A stretch of DNA of 64,000 nt, from contig JACPEJ010000001.1 of NCBI GenBank assembly GCA_016183565.1, positions 550,479 through 614,478 of the forward strand, written 5' to 3'. This stretch comes from Candidatus Blackburnbacteria bacterium (GTDB taxonomy: Bacteria > Patescibacteriota > Microgenomatia > UBA8517 > UBA10165). A program made the translations under genes and the position numbers. Under the pieces are notes generated by a model. The model made no database searches. It had not been told where the DNA came from and saw nothing but the letters and a program-made list of their open reading frames with translations. Position 1 is the stretch's first letter. Each line of letters begins with the position of its first letter. Positions 47,254 to 56,339 of this stretch are shown here, one piece after another.

Positions 47254-47544
47254 ATGCCAGATCCATTTGATCTAAACAAGCAAAAACAGGCGCCAGGTGA
47301 GGACGTTGTTGAAGAAGGGCAGGATGAACGGCCTCCGACTCAATCTCCAGATGACTCAGGGGAAGGAGAAGCAAGTGGCTCAGCGCCAATCCCCACATCT
47401 GACGATGATGTTTTGGACATGGTCAAAGAAACAATTGGCGAAGAACCAAAAGAGGGGGAAACAGTTGCGGACATGGTAAATAAAGCCGAAAGAGATCGAA
47501 GGATTGGTCCAGACGAGGAAGAAACAAAAGAAGAGAGGCAATAA
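47254..47544 (+). CDS. Highly acidic small protein (hypothetical)
   Basis: 96 aa, Asp/Glu-rich and low-complexity, lying between two tRNAs. Coding status uncertain. Confidence 0.3.
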   Translation: MPDPFDLNKQKQAPGEDVVEEGQDERPPTQSPDDSGEGEASGSAPIPTSDDDVLDMVKETIGEEPKEGETVADMVNKAERDRRIGPDEEETKEERQ

Positions 47545-47545
47545 T

Positions 47546-47621
47546 GGTGGCTGTAGCTCAGAAGTAGAGCGCTTGCCTGTGGAGCAAGAGGTGGCGGGAG
47601 CGTTACCCGTTAGCCACCCCA
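47546..47621 (+). tRNA. tRNA-His (GTG) with G-1
   Basis: GGTGGCTGTAGCTCAGAAGTAGAGCGCTTGCCTGTGGAGCAAG... has the extra 5' G pairing with C73, anticodon loop CTGTGGA and an encoded CCA. The T-loop reads AGCGTTA, which is non-canonical. Confidence 0.65.
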
Positions 47622-47692
47622 AATTAACCTTAATAATGTCAGCGTAGTTAGACAATTATTACTTCACTGTAGTAAACTCCTCATACAGCGCG

Positions 47693-49453
47693 ATGTTTAA
47701 GACCAAAAGGTCATTTTTTCTTTTATTGTTTTTGGTGGTTATGTTCGGGCTTCTTAAGCCCCGGCAGATTATTGCTTCACTAAATCCAATCAGTATTCCC
47801 AATAATAAATTTGGTGTCCATATTAGTGCTCCGGGTAAAGAAGAAATACTTCAAGCTGCTGACCTTGTTAATTCACAGGGTGGTGATTGGGGGTATGTAA
47901 CAGTTGTTATTCAATCAAATGATCGGGACAAAACTAAGTGGCAAAACTTTTTTGACGAGCTCAGGCGATCTCATCTTATACCCATAGTTCGGATTGCTAC
48001 AAAACCAGTGGGGGATTATTGGGAGATTCCAGTTGACAATGATTCTTTAGAGTGGGCTAATTTTTTGGATTCTTTAAACTGGCCGACTGTAAATCGGTAT
48101 GTTGTAATCTATAACGAACCGAACCACGGTCAAGAATGGGGGACTGCTGTAGATCCTGCTTCTTATGCGAAAATACTTGATAAAACCATAGATTCCCTAA
48201 GAGCAAAGTCTTCTAACTTCTTTGTTTTAAATGCCGGCTTAGACGCTTCAGTGCCACATCAACCACCAAACTATTATGATGCAGCTCGGTTTGTTGTGGA
48301 GATGGAAAATGCTGTACCGGGAATTTTGGAGAAACTTGATGGCTGGACTTCACATTCCTACCCAAATCCAGATTTTAAAAGCAGTCCTTATAAAACAGGG
48401 AGAGGGAGTGTGCGTACTTTTGAATGGGAACAGGGTTTGCTTTCTAGTCTTGGCTTAAAGAAAAACTTGCCTATTTTTATTACTGAAACTGGTTGGAAAC
48501 ACGCGGAAGGAGTTGAGTATGATAGTTTCTTGCCCACCTCGAAGGAAATCGGGCAATATTTTAGAATTGCTTTTCAGGATGTTTGGAACAATCCTAATAT
48601 TGTTGCTATCACTCCTTTTATTCTCAACTACACAGATTATCCTTTTGATCATTTTTCTTTTAAGAGAGTAGAAAAAGAGGACGATAGTCTTTCTCGGGTA
48701 TTGGGAGAAAAATTTCCTAATTATTATCCTCAATATGATTCATTAAAAGAAATAGTGAAAGTAAAAGGTGAGCCGGTTCAAGAAGATAAATTTGAAGTTG
48801 TGGATGCCAACTTCCAAAAAATTATTACTACCGATCAGGTGTATTCTTTTGACTTTACTCTAAAAAATACAGGTCAATCTATTTGGAATGAGTTTGGAGG
48901 AGTAAAACTTGGTCTTTTAAAAACAATTGAAAATCTTGAAATTCAGGATGCGACTTTGCCAATCGAGAAAAAAATAGAACCCGGACAAGATTACATTTTT
49001 AAGATCCAGGTTAAAGCCATAAGAAACGGAACATATGAAGTTCCTCTTAGTTTGTTTAAACAAAGTGAAGTGTTCCAAAATAAACCTATTCGTTTATATA
49101 TTGAAGTAAATGACCCGGTCATGCTTTCTGTTAATGTAAAAACAAGATTCGGCAAAATCGATGGTGTTTACTCACTTGAATTTAAAACCGAAGATCAGAT
49201 TGTAAACGATGCTCTTGCAGTAAGTTCCATGGGTGAATCTGAAAAAATTAAACAACCACGAATTTCTCCCGGTACCTCATATAAAATTACAATAAGGAAA
49301 TCTTTTTATAAATCCAAAACCGTAATACAAACTCTAAACTCAGGTGAAAATAAAATAGAATTTGGTGTGTTAGATATTGATTTTAAGGAGGTATCAAGGG
49401 AGTTTTTAAGAAAGATTGCTTTATTTTTCTCTTTGGACAAAAAATCTTCTTGA
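47693..49453 (+). CDS. Secreted glycoside hydrolase family 5-like protein with C-terminal beta-rich domains
   Basis: Signal peptide. VVIYNEPNHG (the GH5 NEP acid/base motif) and IFITETGW (nucleophile Glu motif) are ~130 aa apart, as in clan GH-A. Confidence 0.6.
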   Translation: MFKTKRSFFLLLFLVVMFGLLKPRQIIASLNPISIPNNKFGVHISAPGKEEILQAADLVNSQGGDWGYVTVVIQSNDRDKTKWQNFFDELRRSHLIPIVRIATKPVGDYWEIPVDNDSLEWANFLDSLNWPTVNRYVVIYNEPNHGQEWGTAVDPASYAKILDKTIDSLRAKSSNFFVLNAGLDASVPHQPPNYYDAARFVVEMENAVPGILEKLDGWTSHSYPNPDFKSSPYKTGRGSVRTFEWEQGLLSSLGLKKNLPIFITETGWKHAEGVEYDSFLPTSKEIGQYFRIAFQDVWNNPNIVAITPFILNYTDYPFDHFSFKRVEKEDDSLSRVLGEKFPNYYPQYDSLKEIVKVKGEPVQEDKFEVVDANFQKIITTDQVYSFDFTLKNTGQSIWNEFGGVKLGLLKTIENLEIQDATLPIEKKIEPGQDYIFKIQVKAIRNGTYEVPLSLFKQSEVFQNKPIRLYIEVNDPVMLSVNVKTRFGKIDGVYSLEFKTEDQIVNDALAVSSMGESEKIKQPRISPGTSYKITIRKSFYKSKTVIQTLNSGENKIEFGVLDIDFKEVSREFLRKIALFFSLDKKSS

Positions 49454-49598
49454 CAGCACGAAAGAAACAACGGTATAGTCAATATGGCCCGCCTGATCTT
49501 AGCATTCGGCTTTTCAATTCTATTCGAATACGCCTCATGCTGCGATCTTAGGCGGACTGCGCTCCGCAGAACGGAGCTTGAAGGGGGGTGAGAAAAAT

Positions 49599-50150
49599 AT
49601 GATAGCAACGCTAGTTAACGAAGTAAAAGATGGAGTCATTGCCACAATAAGAGGCACCAACGAAATCACAACCGAAGCAACCAAGCTTGTACGCGATACG
49701 GTCGTTAATACTCTTCGAGCAGGAGGTGATATTACAACAACAGCAACAGAGGTTGCAGCAAGTGCGGTTAGTGGTGTAATTTTGGCTGCAAGTGCAACCG
49801 GCACCTCACTAGTCACAGCATCAAAACACAGCGTTAAAGCCGTAATAGGAGGAGTAGCTGAGGTAGGAGGTGACACAACCGAAGCTGCATCACACGCCGT
49901 GCGCACTGCAATTAAAGAGTCCGCACAAATTGGTGGGGATGTTGCAGGAGTTGCACAAGCTGCCGTAGAAGGTGCAGTCGACGCAACAAAAGAAATAGGT
50001 GGGGATGTTGCAAAAACAACGGAACGGGCTGTTTTGGGTGCAATAGAGGCAGCTGAGGAAGTGAGCGTGGAAACAGCACACGCTGTCAAAGAGACACTCA
50101 GAGCCACAATTCAAGGTGCGAAAGAAATAATTGAAGCACCTTTAAAGTAG
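49599..50150 (+). CDS. Ala/Thr/Val-rich repeat protein with ~19-aa GGD-containing repeats (hypothetical)
   Basis: Four repeats (AGGDITTTATEVAASAVSG / VGGDTTEAASHAVRTAIKE / IGGDVAGVAQAAVEGAVDA / IGGDVAKTTERAVLGAIEA). RBS GGGGGTGAG precedes the ATG at 49599 (the ORF track starts at 49578). The opposite-strand ORF 49535..50107 is judged an antisense artefact. Confidence 0.45.
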   Translation: MIATLVNEVKDGVIATIRGTNEITTEATKLVRDTVVNTLRAGGDITTTATEVAASAVSGVILAASATGTSLVTASKHSVKAVIGGVAEVGGDTTEAASHAVRTAIKESAQIGGDVAGVAQAAVEGAVDATKEIGGDVAKTTERAVLGAIEAAEEVSVETAHAVKETLRATIQGAKEIIEAPLK

Positions 50151-50292
50151 GGCATCTTGCAAGAGGAAAGTAACTCCACTTTTGTGGAGGGTGTGTAGTT
50201 GTTGTTGTCAGAAAAATACTAAATAGGAGGAGTGGGATGATCCAGAAACACTTTTAACCGCAAAAGGACTCTTGCTTTGGGAAGTAGACTCT

Positions 50293-50499
50293 CTACTGTG
50301 GATCTTCCCAGCTGGTTAGCTTTGATTTCACTTCGGCTGGGGTAAAATACTCACGATTGGGAAGCTTTGTTAAAGCGGAGATTACGTTGTCTGCTGCTCC
50401 CATTTGCAAAGCATAGTCAACAAGTTCGCTTTTCCATGCCGGATATTCTAATTTGCTTAAATATTCTTTCATTAGGATAACTCTTGCCATATTTATCAC
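50293..50499 (-). CDS. Small conserved protein (DUF2795-like); paralog of 54322..54579
   Basis: Shared pattern YPA.K..L..YA.Q..A.DN...AL..LP...Y....EV with the paralog. The family label is from memory. Confidence 0.4.
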   Translation of the reverse strand: MINMARVILMKEYLSKLEYPAWKSELVDYALQMGAADNVISALTKLPNREYFTPAEVKSKLTSWEDPQ

Positions 50500-50682
50500 C
50501 TCCTTAGGGGTGCACAGCCCTAACCCATACCTTCAGTAATCATGTTATGTTAGCTCTTTGATAATTGTTTAAGGGAAATGTAATAAATAGGAAAGAAACC
50601 TTTGATTTTCTTCCGGAGGATCGCAAGTGTCAGTTTTTAACACACTAGTTGTGCCTGTTTTTACTGCTGCTCAAACAGATTT

Positions 50683-52194
50683 TCAAGCGTGATGCCAAAT
50701 ATCTTCCTTTCTTGAGCCGTTATCTGAAAGAATTGATGAAATCAGGAATGCGCTCTCGGGTTCGATAATTTGCCAAGGGTTCCCTTGTTTGTGGGTGTAT
50801 AACGTTTCTCCATACTTATCTTCAATGCGCAAAATGGAGGTTATGTCATTTCGAGCCCCACTGTTGGCAAAAACAGAATATGCATTTGTTAGTTCCAGCA
50901 AACTGACTTCGCCCGCACCTAAGACTAGAGACAACCCGAATCTTGAAGGGTCATCAAGTGTTGTAATGCCAAAACTTTGGGCTGTATCCAGGGCTCTGTC
51001 TTCAAATGCGGCTGCGTAAACGATTGGCTTAAAACCGGAGCCTGGTTGCCGAGGTGCGAGGGCAGCGTTGAATTTTCCGAATTCAGCATCCTGCCAATCC
51101 CCACTTCCAACCATTGCCATAATTTCACCTGTTTGGGGGTTTATTACCACTACAGCGCCATTTGAGACTCTTTCTAGCGCAAGAAGCCTAACTTGCTGTT
51201 CAACTACCTCTTCGGCATATTTTTGCCAATCAAGATCGATGGTTGTACGGACCTTAAGCCCAGAACGAGCAACCGCTTCTTCTCCATACATCTTTACCAG
51301 TTGGTCTTTAACGTATAAGGCGAAGTGTGGAGCGGTGTAGTTTAGGTCGTTTTCTGTTTGTTTAAAATGTAGTTCTTCTGCTTCGGCTTTTTGTTTTTCT
51401 GAGGCCGTGATATATCCTTGCTCAAGCATTTTTTCTAAAACCAACTTTTGTCTTTTTTGGGCAAAAGCTAAGCCTCCTGAAGAAAGGTAGTATTTGGATG
51501 GTGCAGGTAAAATACCTGCGAGGAAGGCAGATTCATTAAGGGTCAGATCACGGGAGCTTTTGCCAAAATACATTTGAGATGCTTGCTCTATTCCGAATGC
51601 CCACCGTCCCCAATAAACTGAGTTTAAATACATTTCTAAAATTTCGTCTTTTGGGAAGTTTTTTTCTATTTCTCTTGCTACGACAAGTTCTTTGTATTTA
51701 CGCAAAAAGTCTTTGTTAGGACTTAGGAAGGCGTTTTTTGCAAGCTGTTGTGTAATTGTTGATCCACCATATTTCAAACCACCTTCAAGTAAGTTGTTAA
51801 ATGCTGCTCGTAACATTGATTTTACTGAAAATCCTGGATGGGAATAAAAGTTTTTGTCTTCTACGGCAACTACGGCATCTTTGGTGTGTTGCGGGATTCC
51901 AGAGAGGGGAACAAAGACTTTGTTTTTACCGTCATAGAAAGTGAAGAATGGTTTTTCGTATCTGTCTAATAACACGACTCCTGTATCTTTGTGATTCATG
52001 ATGCTTTCGCGACTTGTTATGTCTGGCGAAAAATAGAGATAGATAATGAGCGCACCGACAGCTACGATAGCGATAGTTAATACCAAAAATATAAATAACC
52101 ATCCAACAAGTGTGCGTATGAAAACCAAAAAATGTTTACCAAACGATGAAATTGGTTGGGGAAAATTTAAGTATATTTGCCCTTCGGGGAACAT
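50683..52194 (-). CDS. Class A penicillin-binding protein (GT51 transglycosylase + transpeptidase), C-terminally truncated before the KTG motif
   Basis: GT51 motifs EDKNFYSHPG, GGSTITQQLAKN, KDEILEMYLNSVYWG. Transpeptidase motifs SGFK (SxxK) and SDN (SxN) are present, but the ORF stops ~15 aa after SxN. No K(T/S)G-containing continuation is found in any frame of 50500-50682. Confidence 0.7.
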   Translation of the reverse strand: MFPEGQIYLNFPQPISSFGKHFLVFIRTLVGWLFIFLVLTIAIVAVGALIIYLYFSPDITSRESIMNHKDTGVVLLDRYEKPFFTFYDGKNKVFVPLSGIPQHTKDAVVAVEDKNFYSHPGFSVKSMLRAAFNNLLEGGLKYGGSTITQQLAKNAFLSPNKDFLRKYKELVVAREIEKNFPKDEILEMYLNSVYWGRWAFGIEQASQMYFGKSSRDLTLNESAFLAGILPAPSKYYLSSGGLAFAQKRQKLVLEKMLEQGYITASEKQKAEAEELHFKQTENDLNYTAPHFALYVKDQLVKMYGEEAVARSGLKVRTTIDLDWQKYAEEVVEQQVRLLALERVSNGAVVVINPQTGEIMAMVGSGDWQDAEFGKFNAALAPRQPGSGFKPIVYAAAFEDRALDTAQSFGITTLDDPSRFGLSLVLGAGEVSLLELTNAYSVFANSGARNDITSILRIEDKYGETLYTHKQGNPWQIIEPESAFLISSILSDNGSRKEDIWHHA

Positions 52195-52520
52195 GCATCC
52201 TAGTCTAAAAAGAACTGGATACAGGGTAGTAATAATTTAGTAAGAACCTTGTCAGAACAAGAACCTTGCTTTAGCTTCGCTGGGAAGCTACACAAAAGTA
52301 AGAATCTTGTCAGAACAGGGATCTTGTGATGTTTATTCCTGTGCTTGGTTTTCAGTGGGTTTCCACTCACCACGTTCAAACTCTTCTAAGAACTCTTGTT
52401 CTTCTTTGTCTAATTCATAATATTTCATTTTTGTTTGCCTTGCCTCCTTGTTTTGGGTAAGGTTTTGTTGCCTTTCTGCTGGGAAATATAGTTTTAAGGA
52501 ATATTTTCTCTTCATCTCCC

Positions 52521-52555
52521 GATGTGCAAAGCTATTCCACTCCCGATGTGGAATG
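52521..52555 (+). repeat. REP-like element (GATGTGCAAAGCTATTCCAC-loop-GTGGAA)
   Basis: Near-identical to 20899-20933 and 57084-57117. Confidence 0.6.
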
Positions 52556-52763
52556 GAATGAGTCAAAAAAGGTTTGCACTACAACACTAAGCCAACATGG
52601 GTGGGTAGAAAGCCATTGACTTAAAGCTTGTTGGACAGTTTGGGCATAGGGAAATTCGACTCCAAATGTTTGCATCATAATTGCCCAATAAAACGCTAAG
52701 AAACCCAAGACGAATGGTTTCCAGTTGACAGATGAAACAATGTCCACCATGGAGTTCATTAGA

Positions 52764-54149
52764 TTAAATATTGTTCTCATTTCGAGCTATATCACCTCCT
52801 ACCTGTTTTACTCCAAATTTTTCATTCAGGAGCTTCCACATCTCACTACTACCAGAGTCAAATCCAAGTGCCCACATTCCAACTCCGCCTAAACTTTTAC
52901 TTTTAGCAAAGTCGTATTTAATCCCAAGAGATTTTGCATCTTCCAAAAAGATCATTCTCCAAATTCCGCCTTTAAGATATGCACTCCAACCAACTTGTCC
53001 CAGTTCATCCCATCCAGTTTTGAATCCTGGTTGATCAGAGAGTACTTCGCCTCGGGCTAGTTCGTAGGTTTGGGCGTGTCGAGGGAAGCTTATGAAATTC
53101 CGGACTTGTCTTTTCCCCTTTTTTGTTTTAACCCAGGAGTAAACATAATATCCGCGGCGGGTTTCTGCTTTGTCTCCAGGCTCATAAACCGGATAGTTAT
53201 ATCCGTACCAAGGTAAACCTAGTATAAGTTTTTCTGCTTGCATTTCTTTTAGGAAATCATCAACAGCAGTTGAGATGTCGTACCAATATTTGCCCTCCTT
53301 GTGGCCATACAGGGGAGCTGTGGGCATGGCAACTTCGGCATTGGTCGTTGCGAAGTCGTAAGCCATCATAAAAATTCCATCACTGACTTTTGCTAGTTTG
53401 CCAATCTCATATATTTTGGGGTCTCGTGCAGATGAAGCATAGACAGATACTGTTACTTTTGAGTGTGGTACAGCTTTCTTCATCTCGTTTGTTAAGCTCG
53501 CAACAAAATTTGTGAATTGGCTTCTTTTTTCTTGACCAGGATTCCCGACATATTCAAAATCGATATTTACTCCGTCTATGCCACGTTCGCGTACCTCGTT
53601 TACTGCTTGGTCAATGGCGCGTTTTTGAGCAGCGGGGTTTTCAAGCAACCTATTGATTTCTCCGTTGTTCATCTGTGTTAAGGTCAAAACTATTCTTGTA
53701 TTGCGCTCGTGGGCCTTTAAAAAAACCTCAGTCGCACTGTCGCTTTTGAAAGTTGTGTACCCTTGATTTCTTTTGTCCAGATTTCCATCTCCTTTTACTG
53801 GAACACCAAAGTAGGCAAGAGTTGTCAAAACATTGAAGTCGACGTTTTCCAGTTTATTTATAGTCCAGTAGGGAGCAAACCCGAAAACTTCTTGGGAATC
53901 TTTTTCTTCTGTTAGGGGTTTAAGATTCTGTTTGCCTAGAGGAGAAAGCATTTCAGGAGTATAGGGGAGAGAATTTAGTATGAGAATGAAGATAACAGCT
54001 ATAGCTCCCCAAAAAATTCCTACAGCATGTTTGTTATCAGGTAATAGTGGGGTGTGCTTCGTTCTGTAAATTGCTACTTTCGCTAAAAGTATTAAAAGCC
54101 GCAAAATTACCACTACGAAAGGAATCTTCATTAAAGAGTGACCCTTCAT
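52764..54149 (-). CDS. Membrane-anchored glycoside hydrolase family 18-like protein
   Basis: N-terminal TM. DGVNIDFEYV matches the GH18 DxxDxDxE catalytic motif. 461 aa. Confidence 0.65.
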   Translation of the reverse strand: MKGHSLMKIPFVVVILRLLILLAKVAIYRTKHTPLLPDNKHAVGIFWGAIAVIFILILNSLPYTPEMLSPLGKQNLKPLTEEKDSQEVFGFAPYWTINKLENVDFNVLTTLAYFGVPVKGDGNLDKRNQGYTTFKSDSATEVFLKAHERNTRIVLTLTQMNNGEINRLLENPAAQKRAIDQAVNEVRERGIDGVNIDFEYVGNPGQEKRSQFTNFVASLTNEMKKAVPHSKVTVSVYASSARDPKIYEIGKLAKVSDGIFMMAYDFATTNAEVAMPTAPLYGHKEGKYWYDISTAVDDFLKEMQAEKLILGLPWYGYNYPVYEPGDKAETRRGYYVYSWVKTKKGKRQVRNFISFPRHAQTYELARGEVLSDQPGFKTGWDELGQVGWSAYLKGGIWRMIFLEDAKSLGIKYDFAKSKSLGGVGMWALGFDSGSSEMWKLLNEKFGVKQVGGDIARNENNI

Positions 54150-54321
54150 TCACCAACACCCGCCGTGTGGTTAATTGCCGAGGAGTGGCAGGGTTTTCGA
54201 GCGAAGAATTTACCGGGTCACAAGTTCCGGACTATACCAGAAGCGCACTCTTTCTGTCAAGCCGAGTGCAAGAAATGAAATCAAAAAATGGTAAGAAATT
54301 GGTAAGAACCTTTCAGGCTGT

Positions 54322-54579
54322 TTACTCGATTTCCTCTTCGTCTGTTTCGAGGGGACCTATTAGCTCTTGTTCTGAGAGGGCGTCTTCCACCTCAGAGGAA
54401 CTTTCATAAGTTTCTTCAGGCAAGCGCTCAAGAATTGCAAGAATATTGTCATCAGCCCGTTGCTGTGTTGCATATTCTATTAGCTGGTCTTTTGTAGCAG
54501 GATATGTAATTCCTTCTAAAAACGCTTCAACTTCAGCGTAGGTTGGCATTGGGTTGGTATTGGTTAATTCATCATTCAT
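54322..54579 (-). CDS. Small conserved protein (DUF2795-like) with acidic tail
   Basis: Paralog of 50293..50499. Overlaps the sodC start by 8 nt. Confidence 0.4.
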   Translation of the reverse strand: MNDELTNTNPMPTYAEVEAFLEGITYPATKDQLIEYATQQRADDNILAILERLPEETYESSSEVEDALSEQELIGPLETDEEEIE

Positions 54580-55093
54580 GGTTTTTTACTTTATATACTA
54601 CACCGCAGGCAATTCTCGGCCCACCACTAATACCAGAGCCAGCAGGACCTCCTTTATAAGGATCAGGGTTCCCATGAATCATCAGGGCTGTCCCGTCTCT
54701 TCCCAAAATACTCAAAGGACCTGACGATAATGTAAATCGTGTAGTAATTGCCTCAAGTCGCCCCTCACCCTCTTCGTCAATCTCAATATTGGGAAGATCA
54801 CCCGCATGAAATGGATGATTAACATCAGGGTCAGTATTCCCTGCTGGCCCGGGATCAAAATGCCCCCCAGCACACTTAAAACCCCCTTCGCACGTTCCTT
54901 TCTCGTGAACGTGTACAGCATGTAAACCCGGAGTCAACTTTTCCACATCACCAGAAAGCCCAACAGTAACCTTAACAAATCTACCCGTTCCAACTTTATA
55001 TTCTATAAAAATTGCTTCACCAGTTATCCCATCGCCCACAACATCAGCCCTTGCTCTTACGAACTCTTTGGGTTCCTTGCTAAACAGCTCCAT
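54572..55093 (-). CDS. sodC: Superoxide dismutase [Cu-Zn]
   Basis: GLHAVHVHEKGTCEGGFKCAGGHFDPG ... NHPFHAGDLPNIEIDEEGEG are copper/zinc-ligand His motifs of Cu/Zn SOD. No obvious signal peptide. Confidence 0.85.
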   Translation of the reverse strand: MELFSKEPKEFVRARADVVGDGITGEAIFIEYKVGTGRFVKVTVGLSGDVEKLTPGLHAVHVHEKGTCEGGFKCAGGHFDPGPAGNTDPDVNHPFHAGDLPNIEIDEEGEGRLEAITTRFTLSSGPLSILGRDGTALMIHGNPDPYKGGPAGSGISGGPRIACGVVYKVKNHE

Positions 55094-55161
55094 AGTTTTT
55101 GATACTTATTTGAGTTGATAACAGCTTAAGAGAAAGGTAAGAACTTGGCAAGAACCAAAAC

Positions 55162-56283
55162 CTAAAAAAATCTAACTTTCATTTTATCCTGAGCCTCTAT
55201 TGACAAGGAAACTATCTGTCCAGGGAATTTTGCTCCAGGTCCCCATATTTTTGCTGTATCTTTGTTTCCGGCAAATTCGGTTCCAATTTTCAACATTACA
55301 TCGGATAATTTATCTCCTTTGTGCATGATAATTAGTTCTTCAAAATTTTTCTTTTGTCCAGATTGAGCTAAAAAGACTCGTACTAAACCAAGCTTGTCCC
55401 ATAAAGCTTCGCGCAGTCGGTCTAGTCCTATGCCGGTTTCAGCACTAATTTGGATCACTTTTTCCATACGTGTCGTATCTGATCCACCTGAAAGGTGGAT
55501 TTCAGTAGAGGTTACATCGGCCTTGCTTGCAATATAAAGTGCTTGTGTGTAGATTCTATTAGTTGCTAGGCAATCAACTAATCGGTTTATGGTTAAGTGT
55601 TCTTTAAGTGTAACTTCTGCGTTGGAAAATCCGAATTCGCGCACTACTTCAATAATAGTTTCTCTGTCCAATTCTTGTGGAACCGTGGAATTAACTTTTA
55701 TTCCGCCACGAAGGATTTTTTTTATTTCTACTTTTGGTCTTTCTTCGTTAATTCTCACTCCGTTTAGATAAAGTTCTTGGTTTATTTGATTGAATTGTTT
55801 TTCTTTTCCTAAAGGAGCAATGACAAGCAAAAGGTCTGCACTTCGAACGACTGAAAGGACTTCGCGGCCACGACCTTTTCCTTGTGCTGCACCCTCAATA
55901 AGCCCGGGTACGTCCAGAGCCTGTATTTGTGCTCCTTTGTAGTTCATCATTCCCGGGATTACGTTTACTGTTGTGAAGGCGTATTCTGCAATAGAGGATT
56001 TGGCGTTTGTGAGTGCGTTAAGAAGTGTGGATTTTCCAACAGAGGGGAAACCTACAAGAACAATGGTTGCGTCTCCAAACTTTTTGATAGCAAAGCCTCC
56101 GCCACCACCCACACTACTTTTTGTTTGCTTTTCGGCAATTCTATCCTTGAGCTTGGCAATTCGGGCCCGCATTTTGCCAAAAAAATGTTCGGTCCCTTTG
56201 TGGTAGGGTGTTTCCTTAAGTTCCTTTTCAATTGCCTCGATTTGTCGTTGGATATCTTCCATAATTTTCGAATTGTCAAGCAA
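55162..56283 (-). CDS. Obg/DRG-family GTPase with C-terminal TGS domain
   Basis: G1 GFPSVGKSTLLNALT, G3 DVPGLIEGA, a coiled N-terminal helix and a TGS-like C-terminus. An REP-like hairpin is embedded at 55470-55505. Confidence 0.75.
   Translation of the reverse strand: MLDNSKIMEDIQRQIEAIEKELKETPYHKGTEHFFGKMRARIAKLKDRIAEKQTKSSVGGGGGFAIKKFGDATIVLVGFPSVGKSTLLNALTNAKSSIAEYAFTTVNVIPGMMNYKGAQIQALDVPGLIEGAAQGKGRGREVLSVVRSADLLLVIAPLGKEKQFNQINQELYLNGVRINEERPKVEIKKILRGGIKVNSTVPQELDRETIIEVVREFGFSNAEVTLKEHLTINRLVDCLATNRIYTQALYIASKADVTSTEIHLSGGSDTTRMEKVIQISAETGIGLDRLREALWDKLGLVRVFLAQSGQKKNFEELIIMHKGDKLSDVMLKIGTEFAGNKDTAKIWGPGAKFPGQIVSLSIEAQDKMKVRFF
55470..55505 (+). repeat. REP-like hairpin inside the GTPase coding sequence
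   Basis: gtgtcgtatctgatccacctgaaaggtggatttcag shares the 19-nt core gtgtcgtatctgatccacc and the ccacc-N5-ggtgg stem with 34995-35030. It is translated in frame as ..EIHLSGGSDTTR.. Confidence 0.5.
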
Positions 56284-56339
56284 ATTCCAATTTGTTTCTG
56301 CTTATATTTTACACTGAAACAATGATAACTGTTGTAGAT

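Noticed and set aside
49535-50107. 190-aa minus-strand ORF exactly mirroring the plus-strand repeat protein
   Set aside because: Ala/Thr/Val-rich repeats generate long open antisense frames. The plus strand has a strong RBS and a sensible start, so the minus ORF is treated as an artefact.
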